A stretch of DNA of 35,939 nucleotides from NCBI GenBank assembly GCA_964631995.1, contig CAZWAU010000117.1:1-35939 (forward strand). The letters run 5' to 3'. Below are positions 1 through 9,350 of this stretch, piece after piece. The DNA is from an uncultured Nitrososphaerota archaeon. GTDB lineage: Archaea; Thermoproteota; EX4484-205; DTQO01. The translations under genes were made by a program, and so were the position numbers. Every line of letters begins with the position of its first letter. Positions within the stretch are counted from its first letter, which is position 1. Below the pieces are notes generated by a model. That model saw only the letters and a list, made by a program, of their open reading frames with translations. It did no database searches and was not told the DNA's origin.

Positions 1-387
1 CCAATATCCTGACCATGGAAATAATACAAAATAAGGAGATATATATAAAATAGAGCCCAGCACCACACCAAAGTAAGGATCAACTCAAGGTGCATGAGCA
101 ACTAAACTCGCTGTCCTGAAGGGGAGATTTCTTCAAAGACATCATAGCCCCGGAGTCAAAAACCTAGAATAGAAGTAAACTGTTCTGTTACCAATCCTTC
201 CAATGGGAACGGCCATCAAATCTCCTATTTCCGTTACACTGCCTAGGAGCAAAGACTCGGCCAATCCCAGTTTCGTGCCTTTTTCTAGAAACTTTTTGAT
301 GAACCTCTATGGCAATGGGCACGCCATAAACGAAAATGGAATGGTGCGCGAAAACAAATTTTGCGTGAGGAGCTTCCAAGAAGATTT

Positions 388-1803
388 CTATTCCTTTTTC
401 TCTATCTTAAATGCGAACGCATAGTTGCAAGGTTTGTGTGTAGGAACCTTCATCCTCAATCCAGTCTCATCAAGGGACCACTCAACAGGCTCTTCAGAAC
501 CAAGCAATTTAATATTCCAGATTTCTCCTTGGTAGAGCCTCAGGTTTGTGCCCAGCGACTGGACGACCAACTCCTCCCCAGGCCATGCAAGCGCTATAGC
601 GTAAAGCGTACTACCCTTGGTCGTGAAACGGATGTCCCGACCGGTGAAGGGTTCGCTTTGGTCCTTGAACTCCCCGCCAATAGAGCGCGTAGGTCCCTCG
701 CCATAAACTATCCAAGGCCTCGTGCCGTATATGGCCTCGCCATTGATTTCCAACCAGCGGCCAACCTCCAGAAGGATCTCGCACTGCTCTTCCGGGATCG
801 TTCCATCTGGACGTGGTGCGATGTTAAGGAGCAAGCAGCCGTTTTTGCTGGCTATGTCCACTAAATCTAGTATGATCGAGCCCGCTGACTTGTAATCATG
901 GTCTTTGATGTACCCCCATGATTTTTTGCAAACGGATGTGTCGGTCTGCCAGAATCTTTGTCGCAAGGTATCCAGTTTCCCGCGCTCTATATCCAAAACA
1001 GCTGTCTTTTCCGGAAATGCGTTATGCTTGTAGTTGATGGCGACCCCTAGGTTCCATTGCGCTCCTCGGTTGTAGTAGTAAGCGGCGAACTTTTTGAGGT
1101 AAGGCTCAAATGAATTTTGCTCGATCCACCAGTCAAACCAAAACAGTTGAGGACAATATTTGTCCACCAATTCGCAGGCCCGTCCAAGCCATTCGTTAAG
1201 GAACTCCTCATCAGGTTGTGTGCCACTCGGCTTCGCGGGACCATATAAGCCATGGTATCGCGGGTCTTTAACATCAGAGTCAAACTGCATGCCCCCTTCG
1301 AAGAACCACCAGTGCTCAGCTCGGTGGTAGGAAACGCCGAAGACCAGTCCTTTCTTCCGGACCGCTACTGCCAACTCGCGGGCTATGTCGCGCTTTGGCC
1401 CCTTCTTGATTGAGTTCCACTCACTGTAGCTGCAATCATACATCGCAAAACCATCGTGGTGCTCCGCTACTAGTACCACATATTTTGCACCTGACTTTTT
1501 GAAAAGTTCCGCCCATTCATCAGGATCCCACCTTTCTGCCTTGAACTCTGGAACAAAGTCCTTGTAACCGAATCTTCTATGTGGACCATACGTATCGATG
1601 TGGTGCTCGTACGCCTTTTGGCCCTTGAGGTACATATTCCTGGGGTACCACTCGTTCTCGAAAGCTGGTACGGAGTATACGCCCCAGTGAATGAAGATGC
1701 CAAACTTGGCATCTAGGTACCATTCGGGAACCGTATACCCCTCTAGCGACTTCCAATCTGGCTGGAAAGGTCCTTCGGGTATGATGAAATTTACTTTACC
1801 CAT
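388..1803 (-). CDS. alpha-L-fucosidase, glycoside hydrolase family 29
   Basis: 471-aa ORF with GH29 motifs PEWYLDAKFGIFIHWGVYSVP, EWY, GAKYVVLVAEHHDGF, WFDW (nucleophile Asp), GCLLLNIAPRPDG and NGEAIYGTRPW; no signal peptide apparent. Confidence 0.95.
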   Translation of the reverse strand: MGKVNFIIPEGPFQPDWKSLEGYTVPEWYLDAKFGIFIHWGVYSVPAFENEWYPRNMYLKGQKAYEHHIDTYGPHRRFGYKDFVPEFKAERWDPDEWAELFKKSGAKYVVLVAEHHDGFAMYDCSYSEWNSIKKGPKRDIARELAVAVRKKGLVFGVSYHRAEHWWFFEGGMQFDSDVKDPRYHGLYGPAKPSGTQPDEEFLNEWLGRACELVDKYCPQLFWFDWWIEQNSFEPYLKKFAAYYYNRGAQWNLGVAINYKHNAFPEKTAVLDIERGKLDTLRQRFWQTDTSVCKKSWGYIKDHDYKSAGSIILDLVDIASKNGCLLLNIAPRPDGTIPEEQCEILLEVGRWLEINGEAIYGTRPWIVYGEGPTRSIGGEFKDQSEPFTGRDIRFTTKGSTLYAIALAWPGEELVVQSLGTNLRLYQGEIWNIKLLGSEEPVEWSLDETGLRMKVPTHKPCNYAFAFKIEKKE

Positions 1804-1902
1804 GACGGATTTTTACTTGCTGAAAACAAACATATATGCCTTAGCGTGGGCGCAGATCTATTTATTAAGCCACTGAAAGTAGAAGGGTTTTTGAAAAACG
1901 TG

Positions 1903-2376
1903 ATGCAGGGATCTAGGCTAAGAGAGTTCAATCATAACGATTTGGAAGACTTGAAGCACTTGATCGATGAGACTGTGGATGCTTCATATTCCGATTACCC
2001 TGAAGAATTTAGAGAGCATATGAAATCTGACCACCATTCTAGGGAGCGCATTCTAGAAAATGCAAGGAACGGATTCACGCTTATCTTTGATTTGGGAGGC
2101 AGAATAGTTGGAACTGGCACGCTTCTCGGAACGGAAATAGTTGGCGTTTTCGTGCATCCTTCGTGCCAACGTAAGGGGTTTGGCAAATCGATCATGCTCG
2201 AATTGGAGAAAAGAGCCCTTACAAACGGAATCGTAACCCTCACTCTGGATTCGACACCCGTCTCAAAAGGTTTTTACGAATCACTTGGCTACATTATATT
2301 TAATGATGCTCTAACAGCTAGAACAAATCGAAAATTCACTTACTATAAGATGAAGAAGGAACTTAAGCGATCATAG
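1903..2376 (+). CDS. GNAT family N-acetyltransferase
   Basis: Acetyl-CoA motif A VFVHPSCQRKGFGKSIM and C-terminal GFYESLGY. Start placed at ATG 1903, downstream of TTTATTAAG at 1861, rather than at 1846. Confidence 0.88.
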   Translation: MQGSRLREFNHNDLEDLKHLIDETVDASYSDYPEEFREHMKSDHHSRERILENARNGFTLIFDLGGRIVGTGTLLGTEIVGVFVHPSCQRKGFGKSIMLELEKRALTNGIVTLTLDSTPVSKGFYESLGYIIFNDALTARTNRKFTYYKMKKELKRS

Positions 2377-2551
2377 TTGCACGAAGAATGGCAAAACCAG
2401 ATAATCTCCCAAGCACTTTTCCAAATATTACATCGCCAAAAGAACATCGATCCAGATCTATTTTCGGCTCCTCAATCTATCATCGCTTGCTTGCTCCCGT
2501 AGTCGAGCTTTTATATGGATGTGATTCGGGTTATGGAAATCCAGTGAAACA

Positions 2552-3727
2552 GTGAATGGATTGAAACCTTTCTGGGTTGTATGTGTGACGCATATGTTCG
2601 TGGAGGTGTACTATCTCACTCAGGTTGCTCTCATCCCTGTCTTCATATTGGAGTTCAACCTGAGCCTTCTTGAAGCTTCTCTAGTAGCTACAGTCCCAGG
2701 CATTGTCCAACTACTCGCAAATCTTCCTTCTGGATTGATAACTGGAAGGTTCACCACGAAAAAACTGCTTTTCACAAGCATGGTCACTGAAGGATTAGCG
2801 GCTCTCCTTGTAAGCAAGGCTGGAAACTTCTGGATCTTGTTGCTAGGCATCTCCGCCATGAGGCTTTGTTCCCCAATCTACCACATCTCAGGTCTAAGCT
2901 ACATTAGTCAAATCATTGAAAGGGAGAAGATGAACAGGTCGATGGGCTTTCACAATGCTCTCGGAAGCTTTGGTTCGGCCATAGGACTTATCATTCTCTC
3001 TATATTCTTGTCAACGGCAGGTTGGAGATGGAGCTATGTGTTTTGGGCTCTACCTATGCTCATATGGGGATTTGTTATTCTCAGGTCTGGAGAACTTGAA
3101 ATGATGTCTTCAGATGGTGACGAGTTTGGTAAAATTCCAAGGTATTCAAGGTTGCCTTCTTCAGCTTTCGTGATTTTTCTGGTCGCCACAGGCCTAAGGG
3201 CTGTTGGATACTCTGGGGCTCAAACCTACATGGCCGTTTACCTTGTTGGAACAAGAGGATTTTCCGAATCTGCGGCAAGTCTGATATTTGGATTCGGAAC
3301 TTTCGCTGGCATAATAGGCTCTCTGAGTGGAGGCTACCTTGGTGAAAAGGTCGGGGCAAAGAAGGCTCTGAGTTTGGCGATCATTTGTTCCGCCATATCG
3401 CTATTCGTTCTTGGTTTGCTATCCCAGCGCCATCTTTTAGTTGCGGCTTACTTGGCATACGCGTTCTTCAGTAGCAGCATTTGGTCTCCGATGAACTCGT
3501 TGGTGGCCGACATAACGCCCAAAGAGGGGAGGGGGATGAGTTACAGCGTTTACTTCTTCACCGAGGGGTTTGTGGTTTCGGTCACGCCAACGATCGCAGC
3601 AACCTTGATAGGGCTGTCCGAGATATGGTTCGTATTTCCATTCAGTGTGGCATTTTTTACATCAAGCCTGATCGTGCTACAATTTCTTTCATGCTCGACT
3701 AAAACATCAACGATTGAAGAGGTTTGA
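2552..3727 (+). CDS. MFS transporter (Fsr-like)
   Basis: 391 aa with about 12 hydrophobic segments; motif-A-like GLITGRFTTKK and GGYLGEKVGAKK; RSMGFHNALGSFGSAIG. Confidence 0.9.
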   Translation: MNGLKPFWVVCVTHMFVEVYYLTQVALIPVFILEFNLSLLEASLVATVPGIVQLLANLPSGLITGRFTTKKLLFTSMVTEGLAALLVSKAGNFWILLLGISAMRLCSPIYHISGLSYISQIIEREKMNRSMGFHNALGSFGSAIGLIILSIFLSTAGWRWSYVFWALPMLIWGFVILRSGELEMMSSDGDEFGKIPRYSRLPSSAFVIFLVATGLRAVGYSGAQTYMAVYLVGTRGFSESAASLIFGFGTFAGIIGSLSGGYLGEKVGAKKALSLAIICSAISLFVLGLLSQRHLLVAAYLAYAFFSSSIWSPMNSLVADITPKEGRGMSYSVYFFTEGFVVSVTPTIAATLIGLSEIWFVFPFSVAFFTSSLIVLQFLSCSTKTSTIEEV

Positions 3728-3772
3728 ACCTTCAGCATAGGTGCGGGAGTTAGGAGCAGATCTACCTATATG

Positions 3773-4606
3773 CTAACACCTTCCTTCTAGAAACTCCCTA
3801 ACGATTGGCTCTAGGTTGCCTAACCATGCATGTTTTGGATCGATAGCGAACCTTCCATACTCCCTGTTTATTCCCGCCATTGCCCAGAGGTAATATAGCC
3901 TGTAGCCAGGGCCGGCAACGACCGGATGGTATCCTCTTGGTATAGCAACAAGATCGTTGTCTTCGACAGCTATGGCCTCATTAAGCTCTTCCCCTCTGCC
4001 TTTTTGCGAATATATCCACTGGATGCCAAATCCCTGAGCTGGCATCAGCTTGTAGAAGTAAATTTCTTCCAATTTGCGTTCATCCGGCGGGTCGTCCCTA
4101 TCGTGCTTGTGTGGCGGAATGCTGCTCCAGCAGCCCGGTGAGTTGAAGGTTTCACCCACAAGCAGCTTGTCCGCCAACTTATCCGCCCCAAATACCGTTA
4201 CGACCTTCCTTCTCCAGTTCAAAACTCCAACAATCGATTCAGTGGTATCTTGTGGTTTTACAAGCACTTGTTTCGTGTCCTTTTTGCTAACTGCTCCAAT
4301 GATTGCAGCATCCAGCCTACTTGAGGCCCTAATTGTATATGATACCTTTCTTGGAAGATACAAGAGGAAGGGCTTCCCAGAGAAAACATCCGACCTCTTT
4401 CCAACTCCATCGAAATTAGCTTTTTCGGTTGAAATTGAACAGGTTCCAGACAAGACAACGATCGCCACCTCCTCTTTCCCCGTGTTGCCACTCCAAGAAC
4501 TTCCAGCATCCAAGACCAATCTTGAGAAACTGAGGTATCTTAGCCCACCATCTCCTGGCCCGATGATACGGTTGAACCCCTTCCTTTCCTGAACTCTCCA
4601 CTTCAC
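3773..4606 (-). CDS. iolB: 5-deoxy-D-glucuronate isomerase (IolB/KduI cupin family)
   Basis: Motifs LLVGETFN..GCWSSIPPHKHD, LEEIYFY and PRGYHPVVAGPGY.LYYLWAMAG are characteristic of IolB. Confidence 0.9.
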   Translation of the reverse strand: MKWRVQERKGFNRIIGPGDGGLRYLSFSRLVLDAGSSWSGNTGKEEVAIVVLSGTCSISTEKANFDGVGKRSDVFSGKPFLLYLPRKVSYTIRASSRLDAAIIGAVSKKDTKQVLVKPQDTTESIVGVLNWRRKVVTVFGADKLADKLLVGETFNSPGCWSSIPPHKHDRDDPPDERKLEEIYFYKLMPAQGFGIQWIYSQKGRGEELNEAIAVEDNDLVAIPRGYHPVVAGPGYRLYYLWAMAGINREYGRFAIDPKHAWLGNLEPIVREFLEGRC

Positions 4607-5092
4607 GAGCCTCGGTCATGCATTATGAACTGATATGCGTTCCCTTATTGTTGATGACCAGGGTCTTATTAGCCATAAAGCTCCATGTGGCACGACCATG
4701 CGATTCCCAAATGGCCCAAGAACTATTCAATTTTCACCAAATGTACAAGAACCGATGCTTTTTATGTCAACCTACTTCTAGGGTCTTAAATTCCAATCCT
4801 ACTGGCTCTGTGGGCGTTGAATTCCCTAACTGGAATTTTCCTCGTCCAATTGCGTAAAGGCCCTATTTGCCCCGATTCCTAGAGGAAAACAGCAGTTCAG
4901 TTTTACAGGCATGCTTATAGGCTTGAGAAGCAACCACTCATTGGGCAGTTGAGGAAGGTATGGGAGACGCGGAGGCCAAAATGACCATTATAGATTATGG
5001 GTCTTCTTTTTTTGGCATTTTTGTACCATCTTGTATGGAAAGCAACAGCTTTTCAAAATGTCTTGGCACAAGAGGCGCTATGGGTGTGCTCT

Positions 5093-5260
5093 ATGAACGT
5101 GATCTGTAAAGAGGCTCAACGGCTCGGGTGTGCGACGAAGGTAAGTTGCGAGCATGCTTCGACACACCAAAGAGATTACCTTTGTTCACACTATTGCGAA
5201 GTTGCCAAGAAGATAGTTTCCTGTATGAAGATAAAGGTGAAGGAATCGGGTTTGATCTAA
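5093..5260 (+). CDS. putative small Cys/His-rich (metal-binding) protein, 55 aa
   Basis: Internal ATG of ORF 4997-5260, preceded by an SD-like GGGTGTG; 6 Cys and 3 His in the first 44 residues; lies in an otherwise empty 1-kb gap. Confidence 0.45.
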   Translation: MNVICKEAQRLGCATKVSCEHASTHQRDYLCSHYCEVAKKIVSCMKIKVKESGLI

Positions 5261-5631
5261 GGGTAAAAGCCAACAAACGGGATGAAGATTAGAAAAGGTC
5301 TGATTTGATAGCATGGGCGTGGCACTGGAATAATAAATTAAAGTTGAATAAGTCAGGAGCACATAACCTTCATTCATCGATTAGGAGGAAAAAAGCCTGA
5401 AATCGGAATTGTTCAAACGGGATATGCATCAAAGGTGCCTAGGGTTGGCAAATGCAAGACTTGATGCAGCAAATAAAGCAATTTCAAGATCTAGAGATGA
5501 TAACGATAAGCGTTACTAAGAGAGGAATTAAGGCTCTACTGTATATAATGCCATTGATTTAAACTAAAGTAGGTCGATCGAATAGTTAAAGAACCGTCTG
5601 CGAGGAAGCATGCTAGATAGGAACGATTGAG

Positions 5632-6798
5632 GTGAAAGCCTTCGGTCTCTCTTCAAACTCCCAATGCACTTTCCTCTTGCCAAGCATGGTCCTTTTGGCT
5701 TATTCCACAGGTTGGCAGATCATCACACCCATTCTCTCCCTCTACTATAGGTCCTTCGGCTTCTCTGTAGCCGAGATCGGATTTGTATTTTCATTTCTGG
5801 GCCTGGGAATGCTTGTATTCGAACCAATTTGGGGCTTACTGTGCGACAGGGTACCGATAGGAAAAGTTATGGTCCCAACAATCTTACTTTCGACACTCAA
5901 TGTTTCCTTGTATGCGTGGAACAGTTCTGTAGCTATCTTCGCCATGCTGGAATTCCTGCATGGGGTCCTAGCCTCGGCGGTAGGAGTTGCTGGGAGGGCG
6001 ATGATCGTTGACTTGAGTCCTTCAAGAAGGGGCAAGGCATTTGGCATTTGGAGTGCGATGTATGGTTTGGGTGCCGTGATTGGACCATTTGTTGGTGGCT
6101 TTGCAGCCCAGACTGCAAATTATCGGACAGCATTCTATCTTAGTGCCTTTACCTTTGGAATAGCTTTTATTTTTGCTTTAAAGTCCATACGATTTCCAAT
6201 CAGGAGTGCACTGAACGATCAAAGCTCGAAGTTAAACTCTAGCCGATCCTTCCTACTTGCCCCAATCTTAGCCATGGTTGCTCTCAACTTCTTAAGCTTA
6301 CAGTTTGTAAAGAGCATCGTCCCAATCTACCTCAGGGAATCAGCACACTTCATCGTTACTGAAACTGAGATCGGTCTAGTCTTTACAGCAATAGGGTTGG
6401 TAGGACTTCCAACGCAGGTTCTAGTGGGATCATTGTCGGATCGCGTCGGAAGGAAGTATCCAGCAGCCCTAGGGATGATTCTTTGCACCTTTGCCTTCGC
6501 AGCATTTCCCTTGATCAATGGAATACTCCAACTATATTTGGTGACATCGATTTATGCTATTGGAGGGGCAACGATTGCGCCATGCCTAATGGCAACCCTA
6601 ATGGACATTTCCCCATTCGATCGAGGCGCATCTATGGGCATTTATGGTGCAGCTGAAGATGTGGGCATGGTGGTTGGGCCAGCTGTGACAGGTTTGGCTC
6701 ATCACTACTATGGGATTGATGCGCCATTTTTTATCTGCTCAGCAATTATGCTCCTAAATGCGATCTTGGCATTTATTTTTATAAAGAGAAAATCTTAG
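5632..6798 (+). CDS. MFS transporter (DHA1-like)
   Basis: 388 aa with about 12 TM segments; WGLLCDRV and GSLSDRVGRK motif A; RGKAFG..SAMYGLGAVIGPFVGG motif C. Confidence 0.92.
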   Translation: MKAFGLSSNSQCTFLLPSMVLLAYSTGWQIITPILSLYYRSFGFSVAEIGFVFSFLGLGMLVFEPIWGLLCDRVPIGKVMVPTILLSTLNVSLYAWNSSVAIFAMLEFLHGVLASAVGVAGRAMIVDLSPSRRGKAFGIWSAMYGLGAVIGPFVGGFAAQTANYRTAFYLSAFTFGIAFIFALKSIRFPIRSALNDQSSKLNSSRSFLLAPILAMVALNFLSLQFVKSIVPIYLRESAHFIVTETEIGLVFTAIGLVGLPTQVLVGSLSDRVGRKYPAALGMILCTFAFAAFPLINGILQLYLVTSIYAIGGATIAPCLMATLMDISPFDRGASMGIYGAAEDVGMVVGPAVTGLAHHYYGIDAPFFICSAIMLLNAILAFIFIKRKS

Positions 6799-7028
6799 GA
6801 AGAGCATGTCATTGCGCCGATAAGAACTTCATAGAGAAGCTTTCCACCAAAGTATTACAATATATTTCCAAAGTTTTTCTGGTTGCGCATCTTCATTCTC
6901 CAATTTCTATGTGCTAAGGAAGGCATTCAAATCAGCTGGGGAGCACCAAATGCGAAGACAAGTAAATCATTGAGTTTGTTGATGCACAATGGTTATATCA
7001 TCCCAACCACGAGCAGACATGGCTTACC

Positions 7029-7388
7029 ATGAAGGCAAGTTTGTCATTAGTGAGCTTTACTGTCTTGATGATATCTCTAATAGTTATGGTCGTCGCAACA
7101 TTTGTCGTTCCAATAGGTCTCGCGATCTCTATCCCATTCCTTGCAATTGGAGCATGGTTTATGATTCTTGGATTCACAACTAGAGAGGCAAAGAAAGCTG
7201 CTGTCGCTTCTTCCTCTGGGATGTACATTTTCTGGGGATGGATTGTGGTATCACTTTCATTAACTTACTTGCTTCATGCTTCTGGTTTCGAGGTCAGAGT
7301 TTCGTTGATTGCGCTTATTACTGGAGTGCTTCTATCGGTAGTAATCACCTACTTCTTGGAACATAGGACGAGTAGAGCTTCAATTTAA
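7029..7388 (+). CDS. hypothetical integral membrane protein (about 4 TM)
   Basis: 119-aa ATG-initiated ORF made almost entirely of hydrophobic segments; no family recognised. Confidence 0.65.
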   Translation: MKASLSLVSFTVLMISLIVMVVATFVVPIGLAISIPFLAIGAWFMILGFTTREAKKAAVASSSGMYIFWGWIVVSLSLTYLLHASGFEVRVSLIALITGVLLSVVITYFLEHRTSRASI

Positions 7389-7659
7389 ATGCCGCAGGCG
7401 GAGTAAATCTGTCTAGCACAGACACTTGTAAAGACAAGATTGGCTCGGAAATCATGCTCCCTAAGCAAATCCGCATGGCATGAATACATGGGCACATAAT
7501 TGGAAAACTCGCTGCCATGATCGGCTTTACCCTTTTGACCGATTTTCATTGAAAAAGTCCATTAAAAGAATCTAAAAATACATACTCACCTCCACCAAAC
7601 AGTTCTAAAAGGGGGTTAAATTGCAATATTTTCTAGTTGGGAAAAAAGGCGAAATTTGG

Positions 7660-7693
7660 GTATGTAATACTTAAGATAATCTTAATATCATAC
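7660..7693. promoter_or_regulatory. AT-rich palindrome, candidate operator
   Basis: Perfect core TTAAGAT-A-ATCTTAA (7671-7685) flanked by GTATG...CATAC, about 65 nt upstream of the PH-domain reading frame. Confidence 0.4.
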
Positions 7694-7794
7694 ATGTCAT
7701 TCAGAATTGAGAGGTAAAAAGGTCAAGCTCTGCACGAGTATTAAAAGGGTGAAGTGAAACGTCAAGCGATGCTGATTGGAAGCGGTCGATACCC

Positions 7795-8094
7795 TTGGAG
7801 GAAGGTGAAGAGATCCTAGCCTCATGGCATGGGAATTACAGCTCGATTGTAAAAGAGGCTGGAAAAGGGGAAGCGAAGGTAATGACCGTATTGCCTCGAG
7901 GTTTCTTAGTTTTAACAAATCGGAGGGTGATCTTCCTAAAGGAACGCGGTATGTTAAGCAGGTCTATTCACTATGCATTTTCTATATCTTTGGAAAATAT
8001 TGATACCATGTCGACGAGGGACAATGAAGACTGTTTCGTCGAAATAGTAGAAGGTAATTCAACGCATAAGTTTTATTATGATTCGAAAGTTTGA
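7795..8094 (+). CDS. PH-like (bacterial PH/GRAM-type) domain protein, possibly truncated
   Basis: LEEGEEIL...GFLVLTNRRVIF.....G...SISLENI matches the usual pattern of prokaryotic PH-like domains; the frame is open upstream to 7753. Confidence 0.65.
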   Translation: MEEGEEILASWHGNYSSIVKEAGKGEAKVMTVLPRGFLVLTNRRVIFLKERGMLSRSIHYAFSISLENIDTMSTRDNEDCFVEIVEGNSTHKFYYDSKV

Positions 8095-8161
8095 ATTCCA
8101 GCCCCTTCTATATGAAAAAGGATGTATATATCCTGCCTTTTTTCCAATAGCGGTGTGAAGC

Positions 8162-9208
8162 TTGAGAGAGTATAGAGTAGGAGTTGTTGGGTGCGGCAGG
8201 ATGGCTGGTTCTATCGACGATGAGGTCGAAGGTTATGCTGCTTGCATTCTACCATACTCGCATGCCGCTGCCTACTCGGCACTGGGTAGGACAAAGATAG
8301 TGGCTGCTGCAGATGTGAATCCAGATAAATTGGATGCCTTCTGCAAAAGGTGGAAAGTCGAATCTAGATATTTGGATTTCAGGGAGATGATAGCTAAAGA
8401 GGAACTCGACATATTGAGCGTTACAACTCCAGCTACGATACGCCACGAAGTAGTTACATTCGCAGCAAGAAACGGTGTCAGGGGGATATACTGCGAGAAG
8501 GCTATGTGCTGCTCAATGTCCCAAGCGGACGATATAGTCGAGGCTTGCAAGAGAGCGAAAGTAAAGCTCAATGTGGGGACGCTTAGGAGGTTCCATCCTG
8601 GCTATCAAAAGATGAGGGAAATAATAGAAGCAGGAAAGATAGGTGAGCCGAGAGTAGTGATAGCCTATTCATCTGGAGCCCTGATGCACACGCACAGCCA
8701 CACAGTCGATACTGTGCGCTTCTTACTTGGAGACCCAAAGCCAATCTACATCCAAGGAACGATCGAGGGAGCTGAGTACGATGAGGCTATGAATGCATTT
8801 GACCAGGACCCATCCCTCGTTGCAGGTCAGGTTTCTTTCGAAGGAGGTAAGCAAGCCTTCTTCGTTCCATCTCCAGGAATGTATGAATTTGAGGTAGATT
8901 GCACAAAAGGCGTTGTAAGAGTATTGGACAACGGGATCGATTGGAGGATGAGGGTGAGAGTAGAATCGGACAAGTGGGGTTCACATGCACCTGTACCCTT
9001 TCCGCCCTTTGAAAGAGTAAGTCCCACGGTTAAATGCATAGAAGATCTGATCAATGCCATCGAAACAGATTCAGATACGAAGTGCAATGCTTCGGTAGGG
9101 CGCGACGGGATTGAGCTTTGCATCGGGATGGCACTTTCCCATCTCAGAGGGGGCATGAGAATTAAACCACCAATCGAAAATAGGACATTATATGTCCCAT
9201 CAAATTGA
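8162..9208 (+). CDS. Gfo/Idh/MocA family NAD(P)-dependent oxidoreductase
   Basis: N-terminal Rossmann VGVVGCGRMA; DILSVTTP...H; YCEKAM (variant of EKP); RRFHP. Confidence 0.9.
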   Translation: MREYRVGVVGCGRMAGSIDDEVEGYAACILPYSHAAAYSALGRTKIVAAADVNPDKLDAFCKRWKVESRYLDFREMIAKEELDILSVTTPATIRHEVVTFAARNGVRGIYCEKAMCCSMSQADDIVEACKRAKVKLNVGTLRRFHPGYQKMREIIEAGKIGEPRVVIAYSSGALMHTHSHTVDTVRFLLGDPKPIYIQGTIEGAEYDEAMNAFDQDPSLVAGQVSFEGGKQAFFVPSPGMYEFEVDCTKGVVRVLDNGIDWRMRVRVESDKWGSHAPVPFPPFERVSPTVKCIEDLINAIETDSDTKCNASVGRDGIELCIGMALSHLRGGMRIKPPIENRTLYVPSN

Positions 9209-9350
9209 CTCTTGATGGCGAAAGAATTATGTTGGAATTACTTGGAAAGGCTTAGGACCACCTTCAAGAGAATAGAACCTATGATGGACTTTCCCAGATA
9301 TAAATCTCCAAACATAGAAATTTGGAAAATCCTTGACATCATTGTTACCT

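Noticed and set aside
4795-4808. 14-nt match AATCCTACTGGCTC (encoding NPTGS) shared with the PLP-enzyme gene near 27833
   Set aside because: A few 14-mer matches are expected by chance in 36 kb, and the flanks show no similarity.
5452-5562. 36-aa ORF containing VTKRGIKAL, reminiscent of a winged-helix wing
   Set aside because: Too short, with no HTH portion in adjacent frames; unsupported.
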